A stretch of DNA of 63,913 bases, the filler included, from Octopus bimaculoides (lineage: Eukaryota), in NCBI RefSeq assembly GCF_001194135.2. It is 5 parts of 5 records of this genome, joined end to end, with 100 filler letters (N's around TTAATTAATTAA, not from the genome) between each part and the next. Parts side by side here need not be neighbours in the genome. Positions count along the whole stretch, not along the records: positions 52,894 to 57,592 come from NC_068996.1; positions 57,693 to 63,913 come from NC_068983.1; 3 more parts are not named here. One strand, given 5' to 3'. The notes under the pieces are model-generated. The model saw only the letters and a program-made list of their open reading frames with translations. It was not told where the DNA came from and did no database searches. The position numbers and the translations under genes were made by a program. Positions 52,794-63,913 of this stretch are shown piece after piece (the stretch's first letter is position 1; each line of letters starts with the position of its first letter).

Positions 52794-52893
52794 NNNNNNN
52801 NNNNNNNNNNNNNNNNNNNNNNNNNNNNNNNNNNNNNTTAATTAATTAANNNNNNNNNNNNNNNNNNNNNNNNNNNNNNNNNNNNNNNNNNNN

Positions 52894-52977
<84 letters not shown>

Positions 52978-52992
52978 GTTATTATTATTATC

Positions 52993-55900
52993 ATATGTTT
53001 GACTTTTGCTTTGTAAGTTAGAAGTTCAAGTTGGTCTGATGCCTAGGTATCATGTATTTGGTTTTGTACATTGTATTGTTCTAGAGAATGTTTAAGAAGC
53101 CATAAGAAAATTATGTGCTTGTTTTAAAATGTGAAATTACATAGAAAGTATTTTGCCTATGATATCGGAAGTTCCCACGACCACTATCATTTGAATTTCT
53201 GCCATTTTTGAATTTCTTGGTATCTGAGCTAGGTAGGAATCAGCCAGCCCCTTTTGCTATCATTCCTAGGGAACCTATGACAACGGATATCGTTTTAGTC
53301 TTGATGTTCCATATTTTGCCAATTTCAATTTCAAGATCTTTATACGTACTCAGTTTTTGGTAGGTCTTTACAGATACATTTATGTCGATTGGAACAGTCA
53401 TAACAATGATGAGGCATGATTTTTGTCTGAAGTCTTTCAATATAATGTCTGGCTTATTTGCATCTATCTTTCTGTCAGTTTGAATGGTGAAGTTCCAGGA
53501 GTGCGATGTGATCATTTTCAAGCACTGGATGTGGTTGGTGTTCCCACCAGTTTTTATGATGGCCAGGTCTAGGCTTTTGCAAATTACCCAGTGAATATAT
53601 TGTGCTGCTCTCACATGCCTGTTGAGATACTTTTTCAGCGCAAGAAGACTGTACATGGAGACAACTTGATTAATGATTTCATTTTGTTGTTGACATACCA
53701 CGAAATGTTGAGCTACTGCCGTTCTTTAATATGCTGTCCTGGTAGGCATTGATCTTGGGCTGCTATGATAATCCCTTCTGTTTCTGATTTTAAGCCAGAA
53801 GCCATTAGCCATTGATGGGTAAGGGCTTTGTCAACGCCGACCGTTATTAGTTTTCTTTGTTTGTTATTGAGATGTTTGTCTTGCCATTTGTCAGTAAGAA
53901 TACCTAAAGCAACAGTTTTAGCACGGGTTTTCACATGCTTAGCTTTTTGTATGCTTGTTTCTAGCACGTCTAATTCTGGAATTTATTGTATTTGGAATTC
54001 ACTTAGATATTCGTTTGCCTGTTTTGTTACTGATGATGCTTTCTTGTTTTCATACTTTGAGACAAGTTTTAACATCCAGTCATCAGAATTTTTCCGGTAG
54101 GTATTGAGGCCAATTGTGAGAACCTTCATTGTTATTTCCAGTTGCAAAAGTCCACGGTCTCCCTTTTTTCTTGGCTGATAAAGTCGTTCTATATCTGCCT
54201 TAGGGTGGTGCATTCTATGCATTGTCAACAATTTTCGTATTTTTCTGTTAAGATCACATATTCCGGTAATTGACCAGTTAATGATAATGAAACTGTAAGT
54301 CACGACTGGTATAGCTAAAATATTGATCACTTCGATCCTGTTTCTTGCATTCAGCTCTGTCTTGAGTATTGCTATTACCCTGCGATACCATTCTTTTTCG
54401 ATCCTTTCGCTCATCATTGAATGTTTGATTCTATCAACTCAAATACCCCTAGGTAATAGTAGCTCTCTGCCGGTTCTAATTCCCTTGTGACATTCTGCTG
54501 GTCAAGATTAACAATGGATGTTTCTGTTATTTTTCCTTTGATAAATGTAACGTTTGGGCATTTATCGAGGCCAAATTGCATCCTGATATTATCCCTGAAT
54601 AACAATTGCTAGTAAGCCTTATAATTGATGGTCATTTTTTGCAGAGCGTTAAATCATCCATGTAAAAGAGATGATTTATATTTTTATTAAACATTGTATA
54701 GTCATATTATACAACATTGAACAATTTCGAGAGAGGTATTAAGGCTAGACAAAAGAGAAGTGGTGATATAGAGTCACTCTGGAAAATGCCACATGAAATC
54801 CTTACATCTCACGCATGGAGAGATTCTTTGTCACTGTTCAAAATCAATGTGTTTTTCCATGATCTCATACTTACAGACAACAAGTTTCGCTGAATAGGTG
54901 CTATTTCATACTTTCCAGACATTTCTTAATCCAGCTATCAAAAGCAATTTTATAGTCTATCCAGGCTGTCGACAAGTTTTTGTGTCGTTTGTGACCATCT
55001 TACAAGCTCATCTTATTGATCAGTAGCTGATTTTTACAACCATAGGACTCACGTTTACACCCTTTTTTGTCATTAGGGAATATGCCAGTTTTATTAAAAA
55101 AACAATCGGTATATTAAGTCAAGACAGATGTTAGTATTTTATTGGTTCATTTGTTACACCATTAACTAGCCAAGAGGGAATCATACTAGTTTCAAAACAT
55201 TGTTGTAAAGTTTTGTTAGCAATTCATGACTCTCTGGGAAGGCATTGAACCGGAAGTTAGTTTTCCTGGAGACATCAATTTGCTTGACTTTCTGAGAGCA
55301 GATCTTACATCCTCTACCTTGATACCGTCCCACTTTTGCTCTTCTCAGGAGTAAGTCAGTAGATATTCTATCAAACCAAGGGGCCATTTTATTTTATATT
55401 TTTTTCTTCTGCGCAAATTTTATTTCAAAATTTCTGCATTTCTTCTTTTGATGGGACAGACTTTGCTGTAACTGTTATTTTCCTTATCTTCCTGTAAAAG
55501 TTTTGGGGGTTATTTTTGAGCATGTTGTTATCCTTGAACAATCTAACGCGTTTTTCATATCGTGCTATGCGGGCAGCTTTAGCACATACCTTTTGCCTGA
55601 TGTTTTCTATGGTCATATCAATGTCAAATGTGGTTTTCATATTATATTTTTCTTTAATTTTCTGATTTTTCTTGGTTTGATAGTCTTGAATTTGGTGTTG
55701 AATACGCTCTTGCCTAGAAGGCTTTTTGTACTTTACTAATCTTTTCACCACCTAGAATCGTTGAGATTTTCGCGGATGCATGGTACAGGTTGTTGAGATC
55801 TGTAATATCAACATCATTAGCTGAAATTATATCATTAAGTGCAGTTTTGGTTAGAGTTGTGAATTTTTGGGTGGATCTCGTTTATTCATACTGGTTCCTT

Positions 55901-56670
55901 TAATTTTCAGCCATTCATTCATGATTTGATTTTTTAGATTATATAGTTCTGTTGGGTCAATTTTTGTGTGACTTTCTTTATCTATTTGATTTTCTTCTAC
56001 CTTGATATTTATGGTTGATTCAGAGAGTATTTCACTTTGCTTATCAGTTAAATTTACTCTTTCTATCGTTACTGCATTTTCATCAGACCCGGGCTGGTCT
56101 ATAATTATTCCTCTGTAGTAGTCTTCTTTAGCTGCAACTTCGTTTCCTGTATCCCTTACTGATTGTTTAATTTGGTCAATCTCTAATTCAGTTAGTAATT
56201 CCTTTTTCATAATGTTTCTTCTGACGATGGCAAATTTATTACTATGTAGGGTCTTACTTCAAGCTGCTTCTGTCTGCAGTTTAAGTAGGTTTGTTCAGTA
56301 TTATATTTATTTGTTGCATAATAAGAAGGCTTTAAGAACTTTTTTACTATCTCCGTAGACCATTTTCATTCTTTTTCTTTTGGCTACTTGATGATGAGCA
56401 TGGATGGCCATCTGTTGGAATATTCCGATTCTGGGGTACTTACAGTTCCTGTGTTTTGGGAAGATTTGAACCAGTAGCTGATTTTTCGTATCCATTCTTG
56501 ATCTTCACTGGAGTACACGACCCTTATTTACCCGGGTGACGACGCTCCGGTTTGTATTTTGCTTTGTTATCACTGAGGAATGACGAGCTTGGACGCTGAC
56601 GTTAGGAGACGGATCTGTCTGTTTAAGGTTAAATTTTGAGACAACACCGCCTCCGAGTTCTCTGAATCAT
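52993..56670 (-). mobile_element. Near full-length (~3.7 kb) R4/Dong-like LINE, frameshifted
   Basis: RT catalytic NHLFYMDD (YMDD at 54653-54664), MQFGLDKC, thumb NARNRIEVINILAIPVVTYSF, C-terminal YLNRHVRAAQYIHW and the RLE motif ANKPDIILKD..KDLEIEI; (TAA)n tail at 52894-52990. Confidence 0.9.
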
Positions 56671-56699
56671 TGTTAATATTATTACTATTATTATTGAAG

Positions 56700-57307
56700 A
56701 CGTCGCACTGTATCCAATATTGTGATGCTTCAGACTTAAGGTATTGTGTCTACCGGGGTTGTACTGTCTCTCGGTTCCCAACAAGCACATCAGACTGACA
56801 GTACTTTACATAATATGCGTGCAGTTCCAAGTAAAACTGATTTTGGCAATACACCAAGATTGTAGGGTATTTCTAAAGTTTCCTGTTGTTTCTTCAAGTT
56901 GGGGGATATGGAACCTAATGCTCCGATGACACACAGAGACAAACTTTATGTTTGACTCTCGTAGCTGCCACATCTTAGAGATCTGAATTCTCAGGTCTCC
57001 ATAATTATCAATCTTTTCTCCTTCTTTTATGGTAATATGTTGATCTCCTGGCACTTCCACGTCGATTATTTGGTACTCTTGCTTGTCTCTCCTAAAGCCT
57101 ACTATACCTGGCTTTCGGTGCTCTAACACCTTGTCTGTCTGGAAGTGAAACGTCTAGATGATCTTCGCCGTCCCGTTTTCGTCCATTACCTTTCCCAGTG
57201 TATGTTGGTACCAAGCACCCGTTACCACGTAGCCATACTTCCGGCATAGTAGCCAGTGAAGGCTTTGAACTACCTTGTCGTGTCTGCGCTTGTACTCTTT
57301 CTGCGCA
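56700..57307 (-). mobile_element. R4/Dong-like LINE 3' fragment, another family
   Basis: IAQKEYKRRHDKVVQSLHWLLCRKYG..AKII(W)D..LEHRKPGIV..IIDVEVPGD..EKIDNYGDL. Confidence 0.85.
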
Positions 57308-57370
<63 letters not shown>

Positions 57371-57371
<1 letters not shown>

Positions 57372-57592
57372 GCTCTTTGCAAAAAATGACCAACAACTCA
57401 AAGGCCTACTAGCGATTGTTAAACAATTCAGTGATGACATCAGGATGCAATTTGGCCTTGATAAATGTGCAAAAGCTACCTTTATCAAAGGGAAAATGAC
57501 AAATACATCTAATGTGAACCTTGACCAGCAAAATGTCATAAAAGAGTTAGAACCAGCGGAGAGCTACAAATACCTAGGGGAAATTGAAGGGG
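57371..57592 (+). mobile_element. 5'-truncated copy of the 52993-56670 LINE family
   Basis: KLFAKNDQQLKGLLAIVKQFSDDIRMQFGLDKCAKATFIKGK..ELEPAESYKYLG, starting directly after (AAT)n. Confidence 0.9.
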
Positions 57593-57719
57593 NNNNNNNN
57601 NNNNNNNNNNNNNNNNNNNNNNNNNNNNNNNNNNNNTTAATTAATTAANNNNNNNNNNNNNNNNNNNNNNNNNNNNNNNNNNNNNNNNNNNNATAAGAGA
57701 AAAATATGTAATAATTGAA

Positions 57720-58259
57720 GTAGAAAAAATATCATTTTTATACATGAAGTTCTGTTTATTTATGACATGAAAATAATTCAGCTGACTGATGTCATGAAAG
57801 CCCAAATCTCATATTTGTTGAAAGTTGAAGTATTTTCACATGATGACATAATACAGAAGACTTTATTGAAGCATTGAGCTCATCCACTTCTGTTCCTCTT
57901 GGAATAGCTGGTAGTGTTTTTTGGAAATCTCCTGACAATAATAGCATGACATTTCCCATCATGGAATTGCAATTTCTAATGTCTCATAATGTTCTGTCAA
58001 CAGCTTCAAAAGATTTTTTGTGGGCCATGGTACATTCATCCCAAACAATTAATTGACATGTTTGTATTAGTTCACACATTACAGAATTTTTAGATATATT
58101 ACAAACTGGATCTTGTTTATTAGATAAATCTAAAGGTAACTTGAAAGTTGAATAGGCAGTCCGACCTCGGGGTAGTAACATTGCTGCAATCTCAGAAGTA
58201 GCAGTAGCTAAAGCTATTTTCTTTTCTTTACAAACTTTACTATCTAACTTATCCTTCAT
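57720..58259 (-). mobile_element. Helitron PIF1-family helicase fragment, second subfamily
   Basis: ALATATSEIAAMLLPRGRTAYSTFKLPL, LIVWDECTMAHKKSFEAVDRTL* and LLSGDFQKTLPAIPRG. Confidence 0.9.
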
Positions 58260-58999
58260 TTATTTTATTATGTAATTCTTTCCTTGCATATTTAAGTATC
58301 GTTCCTTCCTTTCATTTAAATTTATATACTATATATTTTGCATACACTTATATTTTTCTTTACTTTTTATCTTTTATCTTCTTTGCCTTTTTTTTAATGT
58401 TATTTTATTTTATTAATTCATTAGCTAAATACATCTGCATAATATATATGATCTAATTTCTTAAACTTATTAGTAATTCGTCTTTGTCATTTCAAGAAAT
58501 ATGTTAGGCAACCTATGATGTATAAACTCATAAAGCCCTGTTAGGACTCTGCCTCATATAGCTGGAAATGGTGACCAATTCTTAGCATATGACCCTATTC
58601 AAATGCTTAGAATTAAGAATCACCAAGAAGCATGAATCGAAACATATATGTCGGTTTTTGACATCTGCAACTTCTTTTACAGCTTTATAATTTATAATTT
58701 ATTTGTATTGCTTTTATAAAAAAACTTTCAACCTCATTATATCATCTATTTCTAGCATATAGGAGTCCACTTTTGCTGGTCATTCCTCTTATTTTTGTAT
58801 GTAATATAATTTTAATCTTCGGATTTTTTTTTAATATGCTAGACGACTGGTTTTAATTGATTAATATCAATTTCTACCCTTATTAATAAATTTTAAATAA
58901 TGATGTTCTCAAACCGGTAAATTTGCTGCAAAAATTTATTAACTGCAGAGTTATTTCCGGACTTAGCGTGCCAGATTGAAGACATTTGAAGGGATACAC

Positions 59000-59108
59000 T
59001 GAATGTAATTTGTAGAACTCTACACGTGCTCCCTTTCGGGTGGACGTCTTATGTCTAGTTCTGGAAATTATATTTTTAAATCGACAGACTACGCTGATGA
59101 TCTTGCAG
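59000..59108 (+). mobile_element. Short LINE RT fragment
   Basis: STDYADDLA (YADD at 59090-59101), cut off by a gap. Confidence 0.4.
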
Positions 59109-59482
59109 NNNNNNNNNNNNNNNNNNNNNNNNNNNNNNNNNNNNNNNNNNNNNNNNNNNNNNNNNNNNNNNNNNNNNNNNNNNNNNNNNNNNNNNNNNNN
59201 NNNNNNNNNNNNNNNNNNNNNNNNNNNNNNNNNNNNNNNNNNNNNNNNNNNNNNNNNNNNNNNNNNNNNNNNNNNNNNNNNNNNNNNNNNNNNNNNNNNN
59301 NNNNNNNNNNNNNNNNNNNNNNNNNNNNNNNNNNNNNNNNNNNNNNNNNNNNNNNNNNNNNNNNNNNNNNNNNNNNNNNNNNNNNNNNNNNNNNNNNNNN
59401 NNNNNNNNNNNNNNNNNNNNNNNNNNNNNNNNNNNNNNNNNNNNNNNNNNNNNNNNNNNNNNNNNNNNNNNNNNNNNNNNNN

Positions 59483-59539
<57 letters not shown>

Positions 59540-59638
59540 TATATATATATATATATGTATATATACACATGTACATAGCACTGACTAAATTAGACAAATA
59601 TTAAAAAATTTTTTGAAAAGTCAAAACAATGTGAGTTA

Positions 59639-59730
59639 TCTATATATGTCTGGCTGTGTGTTTGTCTATGTAACTACATGCATTTCTACATTTTACAACT
59701 GATTTGCACCAAATTTCATACGTAGGTTTC
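59639..59730 (+). mobile_element. Possible non-autonomous Helitron 5' end
   Basis: TCTATATAT..GTGTGTTTGTCT..GATTTGCACCAAATTTCATAC resembles invertebrate Helitron 5' termini; no matching 3' CTRR terminus was found. Confidence 0.3.
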
Positions 59731-61390
59731 TGAAGTCCTTTTATGCATATTAGGCTATTTTATTTTTCTGTACAACGATTGTGCCCCGACCCCAGGGGCA
59801 GATAACCCCCTTAAGCCTCTCTTGGAATCAGCAGTACTATTGCATAAAGGCCCCAAAATTCCTGAAGTTTGCTTTCCATCTTCACCAAAATTAATATTTT
59901 GTTTGCTTATGGCCTGCAAATAAAAATCTTATTCCTATAACTAAAATGCAAAAAATCTCTAAAAAGTACTGCTGTCATAATTTCTAAAAATAAACATTGA
60001 AAAATGGTTTGGCATCATCTCTAAAAATAGCCAACAACTACCACTGCTGTCCGCAGGAATGTATATAAAGGAGAAAAGACAGCCAGGCAACTACAGTTGT
60101 CAACACTCCTGTCATAGCGCGGGACCTTGAAGGCTGCTAAAATGCAAGAAAGTATACGTGTCCCTTAATTTTCAATACTTAATATTTAATATTCAATATT
60201 CAATATTTCATTTATTCAATAAGACAATCGATACTTCATTTCATTTTACTGAATATATTATATATTCTATATCCATTGTTGTTTTTTTGTTATTGTTTTT
60301 TGTGTTTTTTTGAACTTATATATNNNNNNNNNNNNNNNNNNNNNNNNNNNNNNNNNNNNNNNNNNNNNNNNNNNNNNNNNNNNNNNNNNNNNNNNNNNNN
60401 NNNNNNNNNNNNNNNNNGGAATTCCAAATCTGTTTTTTATGTTTTATTTATATTCTTATAATATTAATGTCCAGCATTGTTATATATATACAGAGCTGGG
60501 GCATAAGTCCATTAATCTGTTAATTGTTAATTAATGAAGTTGGCATTTTCATTAACGATTTAACTTTTAAGTTAACTTTGAAAATCATTGTCAGACTAAT
60601 TAACTTCCATTACATTTAGCTTCCATTAACTCAAGTCTGTTAACTCAAAGATTTCATAAAAACTGGTAAATGTTTAAAAGTTTCTATTATTTTCAGATTG
60701 TCTTAGCATATTTAATTTGTACATGTCATTCTTTCAGCCTTTTTTAGGCCCTTTAAAGTTTAAAACTATAAACTATAAAATCAGCATTGTTTAAACTCTA
60801 AAGCAAAAAAAAAAAACTATAGTTTTTGGGTTCTAAAGCTCTCAAAAAGACCAAAGAAGCTGATTTTATAGTTTTGGCAGTTTTTAACACTTTAGTGTTT
60901 AAACCAGTTAAAACTCGTATCTAATTCCTCCATGAAATCTTTTAATAAAAATAAACAAATCCCGTTNNNNNNNNNNNNNNNNNNNNNNNNNNNNNNNNNN
61001 NNNNNNNNNNNNNNNNNNNNNNNNNNNNNNNNNNNNNNNNNNNNNNNNNNNNNNNNNNNNNNNNNNNNNNNNNNNNNNNNNNNNNNNNNNNNNNNNNNNN
61101 NNNNNNNNNNNNNNNNNNNNNNNNNNNNNNNNNNNNNNNNNNNNNNNNNNNNNNNNNNNNNNNNNNNNNNNNNNNNNNNNNNNNNNNNNNNNNNNNNNNN
61201 NNNNNNNNNNNNNNNNNNNNNNNNNNNNNNNNNNNNNNNNNNAAAAGGAGCTGTTTACACATAATTTGGTGTCACATTCTTTGAAAGCATGCAAAATAAC
61301 CTGGAAAAGAAAAAAAAAGACCCGTGAAACAAAACTCCCTTGGTGAGAAACTTCGAGGTTCCCACCACCCCTCCCACCTTCCTTTTCAAG

Positions 61391-61468
61391 GAAAAAGTGG
61401 CTGTCAGTGGGTTTGGAGGTCAGATACGTTGAATGCACCTGAAAAAACTGTGGAAAAAAATCAAACAG
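61391..61468 (+). CDS. Candidate 78-nt internal exon (unidentified)
   Basis: Acceptor CCTTCCTTTTCAAG| and donor CAG|GTAAGA. One frame is open (KSGCQWVWRSDTLNAPEKTVEKNQT), phase 1-1. Confidence 0.2.
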
Positions 61469-61639
61469 GTAAGATGCATTAAGAATTTCAATTTCAGTGT
61501 TTATCCATAATGTTATTGCTTATACACCTGGTGATTAAATTTACCTGCCCATAAAAGTCAAATTTACTCAGTAAGATCAGCTAAAATTACATAACTATAA
61601 ACCAGTGGTATATAAAGGGGGGAATTCACAAAAAAAAAC

Positions 61640-63913
61640 CACGAAGACAGGTGGTGTATACAACAAACAGATGTGTTAGTTTAACGTTCAGGAAGTGAAA
61701 CGTCTTTAACGTTTTGGGCCTATGCTCTTCCACAGAGAAGGAACACAGAAATAAACAGGGAGAGAAAATAATGTGTAGTGGCTAGCAATCTATCATGGTG
61801 AATGCTGGACAGAGGGGTCACACAGGAGAGCTAGGAAGAAGGGGAGATAATAAAGTAGTGGTAATCCCAAAACGAAGGTGCACAAACGAAGGTGCACAAA
61901 CGAAGGTGCACAAACGAAGGTTACGAGGGAGGAGTTACGATGAAGGGAGATGAAGGGAGAAGGTGGGTAGGAGAGAAGAGAAGAGAGGAGGGTAGGAGTG
62001 AAGAGAAGAGAGGAGGGTAGGAGTGAAGAGAAGAAGTGAGGGTCGGAGCAGTTGAGGAGAAGTGGGTGGGAGGAAGTAGGTGTGACAGGAAGAGAAGAGA
62101 GGGGAGAAGAGTTGAGCCCATGTGATGCAAAGGAGTGAAGAGAGAAGATTAATTCCCTGCTCATGGCAAAGACGGGAGTCCGGATGGACCCTGTGTAAGG
62201 ATAATCCAAACACAGACAGGTGTTGCAAAGAGTGATTGGTAGAGCGGAAATGGCGTGAGACTGGGTTGTCATTGCCGAGTCGGATGTCTTGGAGGTGTTC
62301 CGCAAATCAGTCAGCCAAGTGGCGTCCTGTTTGCCTGATGTATAGAGAAGGGCAGAGTGAGCAGGATATGCAGTAGATGACATTGCTAGAAGTGCAGGTG
62401 AAGGAGTCAGTGATATGATAGGATCGATGATAGGTGCCGGTGAGAAGGGTGGTGTTGTAGATGTAAGGGCAAGTGTAGCAGCATGGGCGGGTGCAGGGGA
62501 ACGAGCCAGGTTGGGATGTTGGGTTAGAGAAGAAACTGTGGATCAAGAGATCTTGTAGGTTGTGGGCTTGTTTGAAAGAGAGGAGGGGTCACTTAGGTAA
62601 GATGTGTGAAGTGGCAGGATCAGACTGGAGTTGCCGGAAAGCTCAGAGAATGATGCATTGGAGAGGTAGGGTTGTGGGATGGTAGGTGACAGGAAACAGG
62701 AGACGGCAGAGCAGGTGCAGGGGAGCAAGTAGATGGAACGTGCTCTGGCAAGGGCGGTGTGGATAGTGGTGAGGAGATATCCATGTAGGATGAAGTGACG
62801 AGCCATGAGTTGAGATTGAGTCTGAAAGTCATGGTCGTCACTGCAGAGCCTGTGTAGATGGAGGAATTGGGAATAGGGGATGGAGAGCATGGTGTGTTTA
62901 GGGTGGGAGGNNNNNNNNNNAATAGGGGATGGAGAGCATGGTGTGTTTAGGGTGGGAGGAGGAGAAGTTGAGGTGTGAGTGTGAGTCTGTGTGTTTGTAG
63001 TGGATGGAGGTGGTGAGAGTGGAGTAATGAATCTCGAGAAAGGCGACTGAGGTATCGAAAATAGTGGAGGGCAGGATGGAAAGATTTGACAAAAGAGAGG
63101 AAGTAGTCTAGAAGTTCGTGGGAGAGTGAGGTCGCACTGATACAGTCGTCAATATAAAGGCCAATTAGTTCAGGAGTGGGACCAGTGAAACTTGAGAATA
63201 TTTGGGCCTCAACGTAGCCAACGAACAGGTTTGCATAGTTGGAGCACATACTCCTGAGAGCTGCTGGTAAAAATCCCCAGCGAACAAGAAGCAGTTAAGT
63301 GAGAGGACAAGTTCAGCCGGACGAATGAGAGTGGATGTGTCAGGTTGGGTCAAAGGTCAAGGAAATGTTGGAGTGCATGTAGCCCCTTGTGGTGAGGGAT
63401 CACCATGTAAAGGCTCTAGATGTCGAGAGTGAAGAGAAGTTTAGAGGGGCCAGGAGGGAAGGAGACAGAATTGAGCAAACGAAGTGCATGGTTGGTATCA
63501 TGTATGTGAGAGGGGAGGGAAGCTAGTAGGGAGCAAGGACACGGTCAAGATATCTGAAGATGAGTTCGGTGGGGCAGTTGCAGGTAGAGACAATGGGGTG
63601 CTCAGGGTTGTTAGCTTTGGGGATTTTGGGGACGAAGTAAATTGTGGTGCAGGCAATGAGGTTGGAGGTGGTGGGGGAGACAGGAGGAGTAGATGAGGTC
63701 ATGGATAGTAGAGGACACAGTCTGTTGGTAGCTGGGCATGGGGTCGGAGGGCAGAGGGCAGTAGAAGGAGGTGTCTTAAAATTAGCGAAGGGCTTCCACC
63801 TTGCAAAGGTCTGCGTCCCACACCACCATGGCTCCACCCTTGTCAGCTGATGTCAGTGCGGCGTCGGAGACATCGAAGGGCCAAGAGTTCAGCTGGGGAG
63901 ATGTTCAGATGAC
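61640..63913 (-). mobile_element. Penelope-like (Neptune-type) element: RT, thumb, GIY-YIG and pLTR, decayed
   Basis: YFVPKIPKANNP..PIVS, YIDDCI, SFHPAL, IHYKHTDSH..SSSHPKHT..SIPYSQFL and FTCTSSNVIYCISCSLC..YIRQTGR. It runs off the window end. Confidence 0.9.
61703..61740 (-). ncRNA. Decayed hammerhead-like motif in the pLTR
   Basis: CUGUGGA-A-GAGC(AUAG)GCCC-AAAA-C-GUU-AAAGA. The layout matches 28097-28133, with stem II and GAAA damaged. Confidence 0.5.

Noticed and set aside
56500-56670. HDV-like ribozyme at the 5' end of the R4/Dong-like LINE
   Set aside because: Such ribozymes are known in some non-LTR 5' UTRs, but I could not assemble the nested pseudoknot by eye. A descriptor search is needed.
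61868-62040. 14-bp x3 and ~25-bp x2 tandem repeats
   Set aside because: These are local slippage duplications inside a decayed Penelope element, with no evidence of function.
62871-62960. 39-bp direct repeat around a 10-N gap
   Set aside because: The identical sequence on both sides of a tiny gap indicates unmerged overlapping contig ends.

Overview
AT-rich, repeat-saturated eukaryotic DNA with roughly 10% N gaps. It is dominated by microsatellites ((TA)n, (CA)n, (GA)n, (GATA)n, (CATA)n, (TAA)n), several tRNA-derived SINE families and decayed retroelements. The retroelements are Penelope-like elements (PLEs) of two types, R4/Dong-like LINEs with a restriction-like endonuclease (RLE), RTE-type and L1/Tx1-like fragments; there are also two Helitron PIF1-helicase fragments and two MITEs. 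The repeat landscape resembles a coleoid cephalopod (octopus-like) genome, which is an inference. I recognise no host protein-coding gene; only weak candidate exons are offered. Four 100-bp scaffolding joins (44 N + TTAATTAATTAA + 44 N) split the window into five blocks whose adjacency is not base-verified. Four signals stand out. (1) A Penelope 3' end in which a tRNA-like Pol III promoter cassette sits directly upstream of a well-formed minimal hammerhead ribozyme (42774-42962). (2) A second Penelope family whose hammerhead motif carries a non-canonical CUGU(U/G)GA core in two separate copies (28097-28133, 61703-61740). (3) A pile-up of R4/Dong LINEs inside (TAA)n tracts, including a ~120-bp-arm palindrome. 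(4) A SINE array punctuated by a constant 17-bp spacer. Element boundaries were read by eye and are approximate unless a motif is quoted.
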